DNA of 64,000 bases from Candidatus Eiseniibacteriota bacterium (GTDB lineage: Bacteria; Eisenbacteria; RBG-16-71-46; CAVPCR01). Made by a program: the position numbers and the translations under genes. The notes beneath the pieces were generated by a model. It made no database searches. It saw only the letters and a list, made by a program, of their open reading frames with translations, and was not told the origin of the DNA. Shown here one piece after another: positions 1-9,709 of the stretch; positions within the stretch are counted from its first letter, which is position 1, and each line of letters opens with the position of its first letter. Location of the stretch: contig CAWGMA010000001.1 in assembly GCA_963823555.1 (NCBI GenBank), positions 256,001-320,000 of the forward strand, written 5' to 3'.

Positions 1-1
1 G

Positions 2-235
2 GTTGCCTCCACCATGGTGAGCTACGCGCGGGCACGAGCGGAAGGACTCGGGCTCGACGGCAAGGTTGGCCTCCTCGAGCGGCCTGAGCGCCTCGCCGTC
101 CTCATTGTGGCGCTCTTCTGGGGCGGGTCCGGGCTGCGAATCCTCCTCGTCATACTTACGGTGCTGGCGTTCTGGACTTTCTGGACCCGGGTCCGGCACG
201 TCGAGCGGCAGATCGATGCCGGTCGCCGTTCATAG
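2..235 (+). CDS. CDP-alcohol phosphatidyltransferase, PIP-synthase/PgsA-like (3' part only)
   Basis: SYARARAEGLG..VGLLERPER is the typical C-terminal motif of PI(P)/archaetidylinositol-phosphate synthases; lies directly upstream of ino1; open at window edge. Confidence 0.75.
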   Translation, partial: VASTMVSYARARAEGLGLDGKVGLLERPERLAVLIVALFWGGSGLRILLVILTVLAFWTFWTRVRHVERQIDAGRRS

Positions 236-346
236 GGCTAGGGGCGCGCCCCGGCTGGCGAGCCGGCCGCGGCGCAGAAAGACGATGAACAAGCCCGGTC
301 CCGCTGCCGGGGCGCGGGAGCAGGATTTCCAAGGAGAGTAAGGTCC

Positions 347-1567
347 ATGCCTAAAGTTCGGGTGGCCATCATCGGCGTCGGCAACTGCGCTTCTTCCTTC
401 GTGCAAGGGGTGCACTACTACAAGAACGCCGCTCAAGACGAATTCGTCCCGGGCCTGATGCACGTGAACCTGGGTGGCTATCATATCCGCGACATCGAGT
501 TCACGGCGGCCATCGACATCGACGCGCGCAAGGTGGGGAAGGACCTGTCCGAGGCGATCTTCACCTTTCCCAACAACACGTACAAGTTCAGTGATGTGCC
601 CAAGCTCGGTATCAAGGTCGTGCGCGGCATGACCCATGACGGCCTCGGTTACTATCTCTCCAAGGTGATCAAGAAGGCGGCAGGTCCGACCGCCAACATC
701 GTCGATATTCTCAAGAAAACGAAGACCGACGTCGTGGTCAGCTACTTGCCGGTGGGTAGCGAGGAGGCGACCAAGTGGTACGTCGAGCAGGTGCTCCAGG
801 TGCCCTGCGCATTCGTCAATTGCATCCCGGTCTTCATCGCCCGCGAGGCCTACTGGCAGCGGCGCTTCAGGGAGGCGGGAGTTCCGATCATCGGCGATGA
901 CATCAAGTCGCAGGTCGGCGCAACGATCGTGCACCGCGTGATGACTCGCCTCTTCCGGGACCGCGGCGTGCGGCTCGAGCGCACGAGCCAGCTCAACGTC
1001 GGCGGCAATACCGACTTCCTGAACATGCTGGAACGCTCGCGTCTCGAGTCCAAGAAGATCTCCAAGACGAGTGCCGTGACTTCGCAGCTCGACTACGATC
1101 TGGGTGCACGCAACGTTCACATCGGCCCCTCCGATTACGTCGAGTGGCTCGATGACCGCAAGTGGGCCTACATCCGCATGGAAGGTCGTACCTTCGGCGA
1201 CGTGCCCCTGAATGTCGAGCTCAAGCTCGAAGTGTGGGATTCTCCGAACTCGGCCGGCGTCGTGATCGACGCCGTGCGCTGCGCCAAGCTCGCGCTCGAC
1301 AACGGGATCTCCGGCGCGCTCATCGGACCGTCGGCCTACTTCAAGAAGTCACCTCCCCAGCAGTTCACGGACGAGGAGGCCAGACGCATGACCGAGGACT
1401 TCATCGCCGAGATGGTCGCCGGCAAGAGCCAGTCTCCCACCCGCCGTGGTCGCAGCCGGAACGGCGCCACGGCGGCAGTGGGGGAGGAGATGAACGGTAA
1501 GAAGCCGGCGCGCCGTCCGGCCCCCCGCCGGACCCGGACGACCAAGACCCGGGCCCGCAAGGCGTGA
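347..1567 (+). CDS. ino1: myo-inositol-1-phosphate synthase
   Basis: [46 protein letters not shown] motifs; GGAG upstream. Confidence 0.97.
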   Translation: MPKVRVAIIGVGNCASSFVQGVHYYKNAAQDEFVPGLMHVNLGGYHIRDIEFTAAIDIDARKVGKDLSEAIFTFPNNTYKFSDVPKLGIKVVRGMTHDGLGYYLSKVIKKAAGPTANIVDILKKTKTDVVVSYLPVGSEEATKWYVEQVLQVPCAFVNCIPVFIAREAYWQRRFREAGVPIIGDDIKSQVGATIVHRVMTRLFRDRGVRLERTSQLNVGGNTDFLNMLERSRLESKKISKTSAVTSQLDYDLGARNVHIGPSDYVEWLDDRKWAYIRMEGRTFGDVPLNVELKLEVWDSPNSAGVVIDAVRCAKLALDNGISGALIGPSAYFKKSPPQQFTDEEARRMTEDFIAEMVAGKSQSPTRRGRSRNGATAAVGEEMNGKKPARRPAPRRTRTTKTRARKA

Positions 1568-1604
1568 CCGGGCGGGCCGCGGGTCGGGGTAAGATCACCA
1601 TGGG

Positions 1605-2291
1605 GTGCGGAGGGTATTTCTCCTGCCACGGAACCGGGACGTGCGCGGCTGGTTCTTGAGTTTCGAGGGCATCGAGGGTGCCGGCAAGTCGACTCAGGCG
1701 TCGCGGCTCGTGGCCGCGCTCGAGGCCGAGGGGTATGATGTCGTCCTGAGCCGCGAACCCGGAGGTACCGCCCTCGGGGCGGCGATCCGGGAAATCGTCC
1801 TCTCGGGGGGATTCGCCCCGGTCCCGCTGGCCGAGCTCTTTCTCATGCTCGCCGACCGCGCCCAGCACGTGGCCGAGGTGATCCGACCGGCACTTGCGGC
1901 GGGGCGTGTGGTCATTGCGGATCGTTTCGCCGATGCCACCACCGCCTATCAGGCGGGGGGACGGGGGATCGATCCAGATCTCGTGGAGCGGGCCATCGCT
2001 GCGGCCACCGGCGGGCTCTGGCCGGACCTGACGCTCCTGCTCGATCTGCCGGTGGCCGAGGCGAGAAGGCGGCTTCGAGATCGTGCTCCGGATCGGCTGG
2101 AAGCCGAGGCCATGGCGTTTCATGAGCGGGTGCGTGCGGCCTATCAAGCCCAGGGCGCCAGAGAGCCCGGTCGCATCAAGGTCATCGACGCCGCCGCCGA
2201 TGGCGATACTGTGCACCTGTCCATCTTGAATCAGGTCTTGCCGGTTCTAGCGGCCTCAGGGGTGAGTTGCCCCAACCGGCCGCCGGCTTGA
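1605..2291 (+). CDS. tmk: thymidylate kinase (start may be GTG 1641)
   Basis: FEGIEGAGKSTQ P-loop, REPGGT, ADRAQH, DRF..T.AYQ. Confidence 0.95.
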   Translation: MRRVFLLPRNRDVRGWFLSFEGIEGAGKSTQASRLVAALEAEGYDVVLSREPGGTALGAAIREIVLSGGFAPVPLAELFLMLADRAQHVAEVIRPALAAGRVVIADRFADATTAYQAGGRGIDPDLVERAIAAATGGLWPDLTLLLDLPVAEARRRLRDRAPDRLEAEAMAFHERVRAAYQAQGAREPGRIKVIDAAADGDTVHLSILNQVLPVLAASGVSCPNRPPA

Positions 2292-2316
2292 ACCAAAGCG
2301 GAGGTCTTTCGACATC

Positions 2317-3900
2317 ATGGGCGCTCGCCGAGTTCTCCCGTCCCTCGCCCTCATCTCCATCCTTCTCGTCGGTGGCTTCGTGCTCGGCCAGAGCCAGTCG
2401 CGGGGCGAAGAAGCACACCTCAGGCTGCTCGACGAGGCGCTTTCCAAGGTGCGCGGCATGTATGTCGAGGAGTTGCCCGACTCCGTGCTCGTTGACCGTG
2501 CGCTCAATGGCCTCCTGGGCGAGCTGGATCCCTATTCGCAGTTCCTCGACAAGGCGGAGTTCACCAATCTCCGCATCGGTACCTCCGGCAGCTACCACGG
2601 CCTGGGGATCGTCATCTCGTTGCGCGATGGATTTCTTACCGTCATCTCGCCGATGGAAGGCACGCCGGCCTATCGCATGGGCATCATGGCCGGCGATCGC
2701 ATCATCGAGATCAACGGCGAATCGACCGAGGGTATGAGCCTCAACGATGCGGTTGACCGGATGCGAGGCCCCAAGGATACCGAGGTGACCCTGACCGTGG
2801 CTCGTGGCCGGGACTTCCGTCGAATCGAGTTCGATCTGGTGCGTGACAAGATCGAACTCAAGAGCGTGCCTTATTCCTACGTTGACGACAACAAGGTCGG
2901 CTACATTCGCATCTCGCAGTTCGCCGAGGAGACGACGAACGACTTGCAGCGGGCGCTGGCCCAGGTGGAGCGCGAGGGCGCGCGGGGGCTCATCCTCGAC
3001 CTGCGGTCCAATCCCGGCGGCCTCTTGACGCAGGCAGTCGAGGTTTCCGAGCAGTTTGTCTCCAACGGCAAGCTCATCGTCGAGACCCGTGGCCGGCAGC
3101 GCAATCAGAATCGCGGTTATAACTCGCGCGCGCGGGCCGTGCATTCCGGGATCCCGGTGGTGCTCCTGGTCAATGGCGGTAGCGCCAGCGCCTCGGAGAT
3201 CGTCGCCGGCGCCATCCAGGACTGGGATCTGGGACTCATCGTCGGCACCACGACCTTCGGCAAGGGATCGGTGCAGACGGTCATCGACCTGAGCGACGGC
3301 TCGGCCATCAAGCTCACCACGGCCAAGTACTACACTCCGAGTGGGCGCTGCATCCACAAGGAGGACCGGCGCCCCGATCCCACCGTGACTGCCGCGGTCG
3401 ACGCCGAGGGCAAGGAGCACCACCAGGCCGATCGCGACATCTATCGAACGGCGATGGGGCGGGAGGTCTACGGGGGAGGAGGCATCAACCCGGACATCGT
3501 CGTCGAGGCCGCCGACCTGCCGGCGGTGGTCGAGAACATCGAGCGACTGGGTCTGTTCTACGAGTTCTCTACCGATTTCCTGAAGCGACATCCGAACTGG
3601 AAGGCCGGCGACCGGCCCGGCGAGAAGGAGTTGGCTGAGTTCACCGCCTTCGCCCACACGCGTGAGGAAGAGGGCGTCAAGTTCCGCGACGAGGAGATGG
3701 CCGAAGCGAAGCAGCACATCGAACGCGGGATACGACGCGAGATCTCCCGCCGGCTCGACGGCGATCAAGCCGCCTGGCGCGTGCTTCTCGAAGGCGACCA
3801 TCAATACCAGGAGGCGAAGGAGCTCTTCGATGAGGCCTCCACTCTGAGCGGTTTGTTCCAGATCGCGGATGCCCGGCGGGAGTCATCGACCGCGCCATAG
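2317..3900 (+). CDS. ctpA: carboxy-terminal processing protease, S41 family with PDZ domain
   Basis: signal peptide; LDPYS, GLGI (PDZ), LILDLRSNPGG, SASASEIVAGA, TFGKGSVQ. Confidence 0.93.
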   Translation: MGARRVLPSLALISILLVGGFVLGQSQSRGEEAHLRLLDEALSKVRGMYVEELPDSVLVDRALNGLLGELDPYSQFLDKAEFTNLRIGTSGSYHGLGIVISLRDGFLTVISPMEGTPAYRMGIMAGDRIIEINGESTEGMSLNDAVDRMRGPKDTEVTLTVARGRDFRRIEFDLVRDKIELKSVPYSYVDDNKVGYIRISQFAEETTNDLQRALAQVEREGARGLILDLRSNPGGLLTQAVEVSEQFVSNGKLIVETRGRQRNQNRGYNSRARAVHSGIPVVLLVNGGSASASEIVAGAIQDWDLGLIVGTTTFGKGSVQTVIDLSDGSAIKLTTAKYYTPSGRCIHKEDRRPDPTVTAAVDAEGKEHHQADRDIYRTAMGREVYGGGGINPDIVVEAADLPAVVENIERLGLFYEFSTDFLKRHPNWKAGDRPGEKELAEFTAFAHTREEEGVKFRDEEMAEAKQHIERGIRREISRRLDGDQAAWRVLLEGDHQYQEAKELFDEASTLSGLFQIADARRESSTAP

Positions 3901-3928
3901 GCAGGCGCCCTGGGCGCCGGGAAGAGCG

Positions 3929-4768
3929 ATGAATCCGGATGAACTGACCCGTCTCCTCGAGCGCCTGCATCGGGGCGAGATTCCCGTCGGCGAGGTCTTG
4001 GCCCGGCTCAAGGATCTTCCCTTCGAGGTCTTCCCCGACGCCACCGTCGATCATCACCGAGCGCTCCGACGCGGCTTTCCCGAGGTGATCTTCGGCGCCG
4101 GGAAGACGCCGGAACAGACGTTGACCATCGCCCGAGCTATCGCCTCCCGCGGACAGGCGGTCCTCGTCACGCGCACGCCCATCGAAACGGTCCATGTGCT
4201 TGCGAGCGCCTTTCCCGGTGTGGAACACGATCCTCTCGCCCGGACCGTGGTGATCCCCGGTCGCAACACCCGGCGCCTTCCCGGGCTTGTACTCATCATC
4301 TCGGCCGGCACGTCCGATCTCCCGGTGGCCGCCGAGGCCGAGGTGACGGCGCGCGTTCTCGGGTGCACGGTCGAGCGGCTCACCGACGTCGGGGTTGCGG
4401 GCCTGCATCGTTTGCTCGCCGCATCGGGTCGGCTCCGGGCGGCGAGCGTGATCATCGCCGTCGCCGGGATGGAAGGAGCGCTGCCGAGCGTGGTCGCCGG
4501 TCTGAGCGATTGCCCTGTGATCGGTGTCCCTACCAGCATCGGCTATGGCGTGAGCGCCGGGGGGATCGCGGCTCTCCTGACCATGCTCTCCAGCTGTGCT
4601 TCCGGTATCACGGTTGTCAACATTGACAACGGCTTCGGTGCCGGGTACGCCGCGGCCCTCATGCTGCTGATGAAGGACCAGGATAGCAGCGGTCCGGTCG
4701 GAGGACTGACGGCGCGGTCCGCCGCCGAAAACAACACGATCCCGCAGCAATCCACGCCGAAGTCCTAG
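3929..4768 (+). CDS. larB: nickel-pincer cofactor biosynthesis protein LarB
   Basis: DHHRALRRGFPEVIFG.GKT, SAGTSDLPVAAEA, AGMEGALPSVV, PTSIGYG, VVNIDNGFGA. Confidence 0.95.
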   Translation: MNPDELTRLLERLHRGEIPVGEVLARLKDLPFEVFPDATVDHHRALRRGFPEVIFGAGKTPEQTLTIARAIASRGQAVLVTRTPIETVHVLASAFPGVEHDPLARTVVIPGRNTRRLPGLVLIISAGTSDLPVAAEAEVTARVLGCTVERLTDVGVAGLHRLLAASGRLRAASVIIAVAGMEGALPSVVAGLSDCPVIGVPTSIGYGVSAGGIAALLTMLSSCASGITVVNIDNGFGAGYAAALMLLMKDQDSSGPVGGLTARSAAENNTIPQQSTPKS

Positions 4769-4781
4769 CCCGGGAGAATCG

Positions 4782-6050
4782 ATGCGTGCCCTATATGTCG
4801 ACCCGGTAGGTGGCGCTGCAGGGGACATGCTACTGGCTGCGCTTCTCGACCTGGGTGCGCCGCTCGATGGCGTCAAGGAGGCGCTTGCCTCGCTGCCGCT
4901 TCCCACCGGGTGCTTCGATCTGGTCGTGGACCAGGTGACCGTCGGCGGATTCAAGGCGAGGCGGGTCCGGGTCAGCGTCCAGGCCGATCCAGCCCATCAC
5001 CGGACCCTCGCCGACGTGCTCGCCCTGATCGACGGAGCGCGGCTCGCGCCTCGGGTGCGCGAGCGTGCGACCACGGTGTTCCGCCGGCTGGCGGCAGCCG
5101 AGGCGCGGGTGCACGCGGTCGCGGCGGATGCCGTGCACTTCCACGAGGTAGGGGCGGTCGACGCTGTCGTCGATATCGTCGGCTGCGCGGTGGCCCTCGA
5201 GCTCCTTGAGGTCGGGACCTTGACCTTCGGTTCGCTCGCCCCCGGGTCCGGGATCATCGAGTCGGCCCATGGTCCCTTGCCGCTGCCGGCTCCGGCCACG
5301 CTCGAACTCCTGTCCGGAATTCCGATCCGGCTCGGCGGTCCTCCCGGAGAGTGGGTCACGCCCACCGCGGCGGCCATCCTCGTTGCTCTCGGTGCCCCCG
5401 TCCCACCTGAATTCTCCTTCCGGCCGGAGCGCGTCGGGATCGGCGCGGGGCACCGCCCGCGCCGCGATCGGCCGAACATCGTGCGCGTGATGCTCGGCGA
5501 TCCGGCCGGTCATCCCTGCGACTTCCATCGGGAGATCGGCGGGGGCCTCGTCGAGCACGAGACCGTCGTGATGATCGAGGCCGCCGTGGACGACCAGCCA
5601 CCGACGGCGCTTGCCCTCGCCGCAGAGCACCTGCGCGCCGCGGGCGCCCTCGATGTGTACCTGATGCCAGTACTGATGAAGAAGGGGCGCGCGGGGACGC
5701 TGCTGACCGTGCTCGCCCGCCCGGAAGCGGCGGAGTCCCTGGCGAGAAGGCTGCTGCGCGAGACGACGACTCTCGGGCTCCGGCTCCGCCGGGAGGAGCG
5801 GCGAACCCTGGTCCGCCGCCTCGTGTCCGTGGACACTCCCTACGGGCCGATTCGCGTCAAGGAGACCCTGCGCCCCGGTGGCGAGGTGGAAGGATCGGCC
5901 TTCCGCGATGCCACGCCCGAAACGGATGACGTGGCCCGAGCCGCCCGGGAACGCGGCGTGCCCTTCGCCATGGTGGCCCGCGCGGCCCGCACGGCGTGGG
6001 AATCGATGATCCGCGATCCGATGTCGCCCGGGGATCAACCGGCCGGTTAG
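4782..6050 (+). CDS. larC: nickel insertase LarC
   Basis: GAAGDMLLAAL, VHFHEVGAVDAVVDI, PAPATLELL, VDD, MKKGRAG, ETTTLGLR. Confidence 0.93.
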   Translation: MRALYVDPVGGAAGDMLLAALLDLGAPLDGVKEALASLPLPTGCFDLVVDQVTVGGFKARRVRVSVQADPAHHRTLADVLALIDGARLAPRVRERATTVFRRLAAAEARVHAVAADAVHFHEVGAVDAVVDIVGCAVALELLEVGTLTFGSLAPGSGIIESAHGPLPLPAPATLELLSGIPIRLGGPPGEWVTPTAAAILVALGAPVPPEFSFRPERVGIGAGHRPRRDRPNIVRVMLGDPAGHPCDFHREIGGGLVEHETVVMIEAAVDDQPPTALALAAEHLRAAGALDVYLMPVLMKKGRAGTLLTVLARPEAAESLARRLLRETTTLGLRLRREERRTLVRRLVSVDTPYGPIRVKETLRPGGEVEGSAFRDATPETDDVARAARERGVPFAMVARAARTAWESMIRDPMSPGDQPAG

Positions 6051-6064
6051 GTCGAGGAGATGCT

Positions 6065-7459
6065 GTGATCGAGGCTCGCGCGGTCAGCATCTGCCGCGGC
6101 GCCGCCGTGCCCGTCGTCACCGATCTGACTCTTGAACTGGCTCCCGGTGAGCGCGTGTCACTTCTCGGCCGCTCGGGATCCGGCAAGTCGAGCTTGTTCC
6201 TGGTCCTTGCCGGGCTCATCCCGCCCGCCGCCGGAGACGTGCAGATCGATGGATTGCGGGCTGCATCGCGTCCCGAACGGCGTCATGTCGCCGGACGTGT
6301 GGGGCTCCTGTTTCAGAATCCAGAGACCCAGATCCTCACCACACGCGTGGCCGACGAGCTTGCCTTCGGGCTTGAACAACTGGGATGGTCGACGGGGCGC
6401 ATTCGCGATCGTGTCGTCCGTGTCGCTCGGGAGCTTGGCCTGGCCCCCCTGCTCGCACGCTCGCCGAACGAGCTATCAGGGGGGGAGCTGCAACGGGTTG
6501 CCCTGGCGGCTGCAGTGGCGGCCGAGCCTCGCTATCTTCTCCTCGATGAACCCACATCGCACCTCGATGCCGAGTCGGCCGAGGAGATCGAGCTCTGGAT
6601 CGAGCGCACCAAGGCCGAGAGCGGGGCGCTCGTGCTCACCGCCGACCCGCGACCGCGCCGGACTGCCGGCCGCGGAAGAGCGGCTGCCGGCGCGACGCCC
6701 GGCGAAAGGCACATCGTGCTCGATTCGGGCCGAGTGGCTCACGATTCGCGAGAGGATCTTCCGCCCGATCTTGCCGGCCACCTGGCCGGCACCCGTGGTG
6801 ATCCCCTGCCGGTGCCGGAGATCTGGCCATCCCAGCTGACACCGCGTGCTGGTGGTTGCGCGCTCCTTGCGCGCGGGCTCGATGCCGGCTTCGATGGCCG
6901 GCCCATCGTCCGCGGGGTCAATCTCGAGATCCGGAGCGGCGAGGTCGTCAGTCTGGCTGGCCGCAACGGTGCAGGGAAGTCGACCTTGCTGCTCACCCTC
7001 GCCGGCTTACTGCCCCCGCTTTCGGGAGGCGTGGAGCTGAGACCGAAGGGAACGCTCCGGGAGCGCGTGTCCTGTGTCGTGCAGTTCGCCGAACGCCTCT
7101 TCTACCGGCCGACGGTGGACGAGGAGCTCGCCGAATGGGCGCTGTCGCCGGAGGCGTCGCGGGCCGCGCTGGCCATGGTCGGTCTCGACGCCAGGGGCCC
7201 GCGGTCTCCATTCCAGCTGTCGGGTGGTGAGGTGCGCCGTCTCGCCCTGGCCGCGGGTGTCGCTTCGTGCCGGCCGATCCTGCTTCTGGACGAACCCAAC
7301 GCCGGCCTCGACGGACCAGGCCAGGCAGCCCTCGCCCGCATGGTTCGCGCCTTCGCCGCCGCCGGCGGCTCGGTTCTCGTCTCCAGCCACGACCCTGACA
7401 TCCTGGCCCTGGGCGACCGCCATCTCCGGCTCGCCGCAGGGCGACTCGAAGCAGCCTGA
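6065..7459 (+). CDS. tandem ABC ATPase of ECF (CbiO/EcfA-A') type
   Basis: two Walker A (GRSGSGKS, GRNGAGKS), FQNPETQ Q-loop, two LSGGE signatures, LLDEP twice; GTG start after GAGGAG. Confidence 0.85.
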   Translation: MIEARAVSICRGAAVPVVTDLTLELAPGERVSLLGRSGSGKSSLFLVLAGLIPPAAGDVQIDGLRAASRPERRHVAGRVGLLFQNPETQILTTRVADELAFGLEQLGWSTGRIRDRVVRVARELGLAPLLARSPNELSGGELQRVALAAAVAAEPRYLLLDEPTSHLDAESAEEIELWIERTKAESGALVLTADPRPRRTAGRGRAAAGATPGERHIVLDSGRVAHDSREDLPPDLAGHLAGTRGDPLPVPEIWPSQLTPRAGGCALLARGLDAGFDGRPIVRGVNLEIRSGEVVSLAGRNGAGKSTLLLTLAGLLPPLSGGVELRPKGTLRERVSCVVQFAERLFYRPTVDEELAEWALSPEASRAALAMVGLDARGPRSPFQLSGGEVRRLALAAGVASCRPILLLDEPNAGLDGPGQAALARMVRAFAAAGGSVLVSSHDPDILALGDRHLRLAAGRLEAA

Positions 7460-7467
7460 CCGGCCCT

Positions 7468-9318
7468 TCATGACGCCAAGGACAGCCGGGAGAGAGCCCT
7501 CTCGTCGATCTCGACGCGGGTCGCGCGGCGAACCTCGTCGATCTTCGCGTCCACCCTGGCCCTGGTCTCCTCGGCGGCGAGGTGGGTCTTGATCGATTGC
7601 TCCATCTCGGCGAAGGATCGGGGTTCCGACGGCACTTTCTCGATCACCTGCACGATCTCCCAGCCGAGGCCGCTCTTGAACGGCGGGATCAGTTCGCCGG
7701 GCTCGTGCTCGAGGGCCACGTCGGCCATGCCATACATGCTGCCTTCACCGAAGAGATCGGTCTCACCTCCCCGCCAGTTGGTCGTCTCATCCTTCGAGAA
7801 GCGCTCGGCCAGGGCGGCGAAATCAGCGCCGCCTTCGAGCCTGTCCACGAGGTCGCGTGCTTCTTCCTCGGTGCCGACGACGATGCGTCGGGCCCGGGCC
7901 CGCTCGCCCGTCATGTACTCGAACTTGTGCTCCTCCCAGTAGGCGCGTGCGTCGGCCGTCGGTATGTCCTCGGCCCGCACAGTGAGCGTGGCTCCCACCA
8001 TCATCGCCATGCGGTTCTCCTTACGCCGCTTGAGTTCAAGATCGAGGGCCGGCACATGCTCCTGGATGATCGCCTTCTTCTCCAAGATATATAGCTTGTC
8101 GAAGGCATGACCCAGCACGAACTGGCGAATCTGCACGTCCGAGTCGCGCCACAGGCAGGTGGGACAGGTCTGCATCGAACGCGAGATCTTGTTGAACTCC
8201 GCCACTGTGAGCCCGCCACCGGTGAAGTTCACGATGTCGAGCGCCGTCTCCTCGGGCGGCCAGTCGAGGAAGATCCATGAGGTAGGCAGCGAGTCCGTCC
8301 GCACGGCGTTGATCGCTTCCCAGGAGGAGATCTTGTCACGCAGCCGATGGGTAAAGACCGCGAAGTTCTCTTCGTTGATCTGCACGTCGTACTTGGTCAT
8401 GACCGACTTCTGCCACGTATACAGCGCATCGGCCGCCTTTCGCGCACCCACGCGCTTCGCGAGATCGGGGCGCATGTCCTCGTAGCTGCGCGACGGTGAC
8501 CGATCGCGCGCCTTGCTCTCGACCCTGAACAGCTTGTAGTGCTCGCCCTTTCCCTTCAAGACTTCGCTCAGTTCGCCCGGCTCGAGGTTGAACGCCACAT
8601 CCTCGTAGTGGATGATCATGCGCCCCGCGAGCACCTCCCCCATGTCGCCGCCCTGCATCGCCGTCATCTTGTCCTCCGAGTAACGGCGGGCCAGGTCAGC
8701 GAAATCCTCGCCGGCCAGGATTCGTCCGCGCAGTTCCTCGGCGAGGTCGCGGCGCTCCACCGACAGATGCTTGACGTGGAGGGTGTAGAAGTACCTGTCG
8801 TATAGCTCCCTGAGCTCAGCATCGCTGATCTCGAGTTGACCCGCGTAGATTCGCCGGCGCAGCTCCTCGCCCGCGATCTGGTCTGCCAACTGGGATACAT
8901 GGCCGACGAGCGGTCCTGCCCGGTCGTAGCCGCGGCGGTAGGCTTCCTGGACGAGGAGCCTCTCGTTGACAAGTCCGTCGATCACGGTTGCCTTCAGGGA
9001 ATCCGGTCCCGCCGCTCGATCCAGACCCTTGCCATGGTCGAGGGCGTAGTGGAAGTCGCCGGCCGTGATGACCTCATCTCCGACGCGCGCCAGAGCGGTC
9101 GGATCCTCCCACTCCGGGGGGGGCGGTCTGAGCCGAGGATCCTCGAAAGGATGGGCTTCGTCCGCCTCCTCGCCTTCGGCGGATGCTCCGGCATCATTCT
9201 GCTCTGCGGCCTGGGCCTGCGCGGTTGCGGGCCGCCATTGGGCTCCCGGGGCCAGGGTCATGAGCGCTGCCAAAATGGCAGGCAAGAGCCGGATCCGTGA
9301 CCTGAACTTCATGGACAT
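7468..9318 (-). CDS. periplasmic SurA/PrsA-like chaperone with two parvulin PPIase domains
   Basis: signal peptide; LARVGDEVIT; GEDFADLARRYSED..GGDMG and GADFAALAERFSKD..GGE parvulin motifs. Confidence 0.85.
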   Translation of the reverse strand: MSMKFRSRIRLLPAILAALMTLAPGAQWRPATAQAQAAEQNDAGASAEGEEADEAHPFEDPRLRPPPPEWEDPTALARVGDEVITAGDFHYALDHGKGLDRAAGPDSLKATVIDGLVNERLLVQEAYRRGYDRAGPLVGHVSQLADQIAGEELRRRIYAGQLEISDAELRELYDRYFYTLHVKHLSVERRDLAEELRGRILAGEDFADLARRYSEDKMTAMQGGDMGEVLAGRMIIHYEDVAFNLEPGELSEVLKGKGEHYKLFRVESKARDRSPSRSYEDMRPDLAKRVGARKAADALYTWQKSVMTKYDVQINEENFAVFTHRLRDKISSWEAINAVRTDSLPTSWIFLDWPPEETALDIVNFTGGGLTVAEFNKISRSMQTCPTCLWRDSDVQIRQFVLGHAFDKLYILEKKAIIQEHVPALDLELKRRKENRMAMMVGATLTVRAEDIPTADARAYWEEHKFEYMTGERARARRIVVGTEEEARDLVDRLEGGADFAALAERFSKDETTNWRGGETDLFGEGSMYGMADVALEHEPGELIPPFKSGLGWEIVQVIEKVPSEPRSFAEMEQSIKTHLAAEETRARVDAKIDEVRRATRVEIDERALSRLSLAS

Positions 9319-9673
9319 CTCGTAGTCCCTTGAGCGTCTGGGTTGGCAAGAGGGGTGCCGGGAAGAGCCGTGGGAAGCTCCAAGGCTACCAAAGCCCGAG
9401 CCCTTCTCACAATTGAATGGACTGGTAGGGGTAGGAGGGGGGGGCCGCTCGGGATGCGCCCCGTGCCCCCCGGGGTCCGCCCCATCAGCTCGGGGCGGCC
9501 TGTGAGCGTCCCCCGGTTGCCGCCCCCGCAGCGACCGCAGGCAACTGTTTCAGTTCTGTCCACTTGGACCCAGAGAGGGCCCGCCTGTCCTGTGGCGAAT
9601 TGCCCCGGCGAGGCCTACCGGAGGTCACCGGGCAGGGGGGAGATGATCGCTAACCTGCTGTAAAGGTAGCGCA

Positions 9674-9703
9674 TTGACACCCTTAACGGGGGTGTGCTAT
9701 ATT
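9674..9703 (+). promoter_or_regulatory. sigma70-type promoter
   Basis: TTGACA (9674-9679), 18-nt spacer, extended -10 TGcTATATT (9695-9703). Confidence 0.75.
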
Positions 9704-9709
9704 GCCCAT

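Noticed and set aside
4782..6050. Programmed frameshift in larC as in Lactiplantibacillus larC1/C2
   Set aside because: LarC is one continuous ORF here
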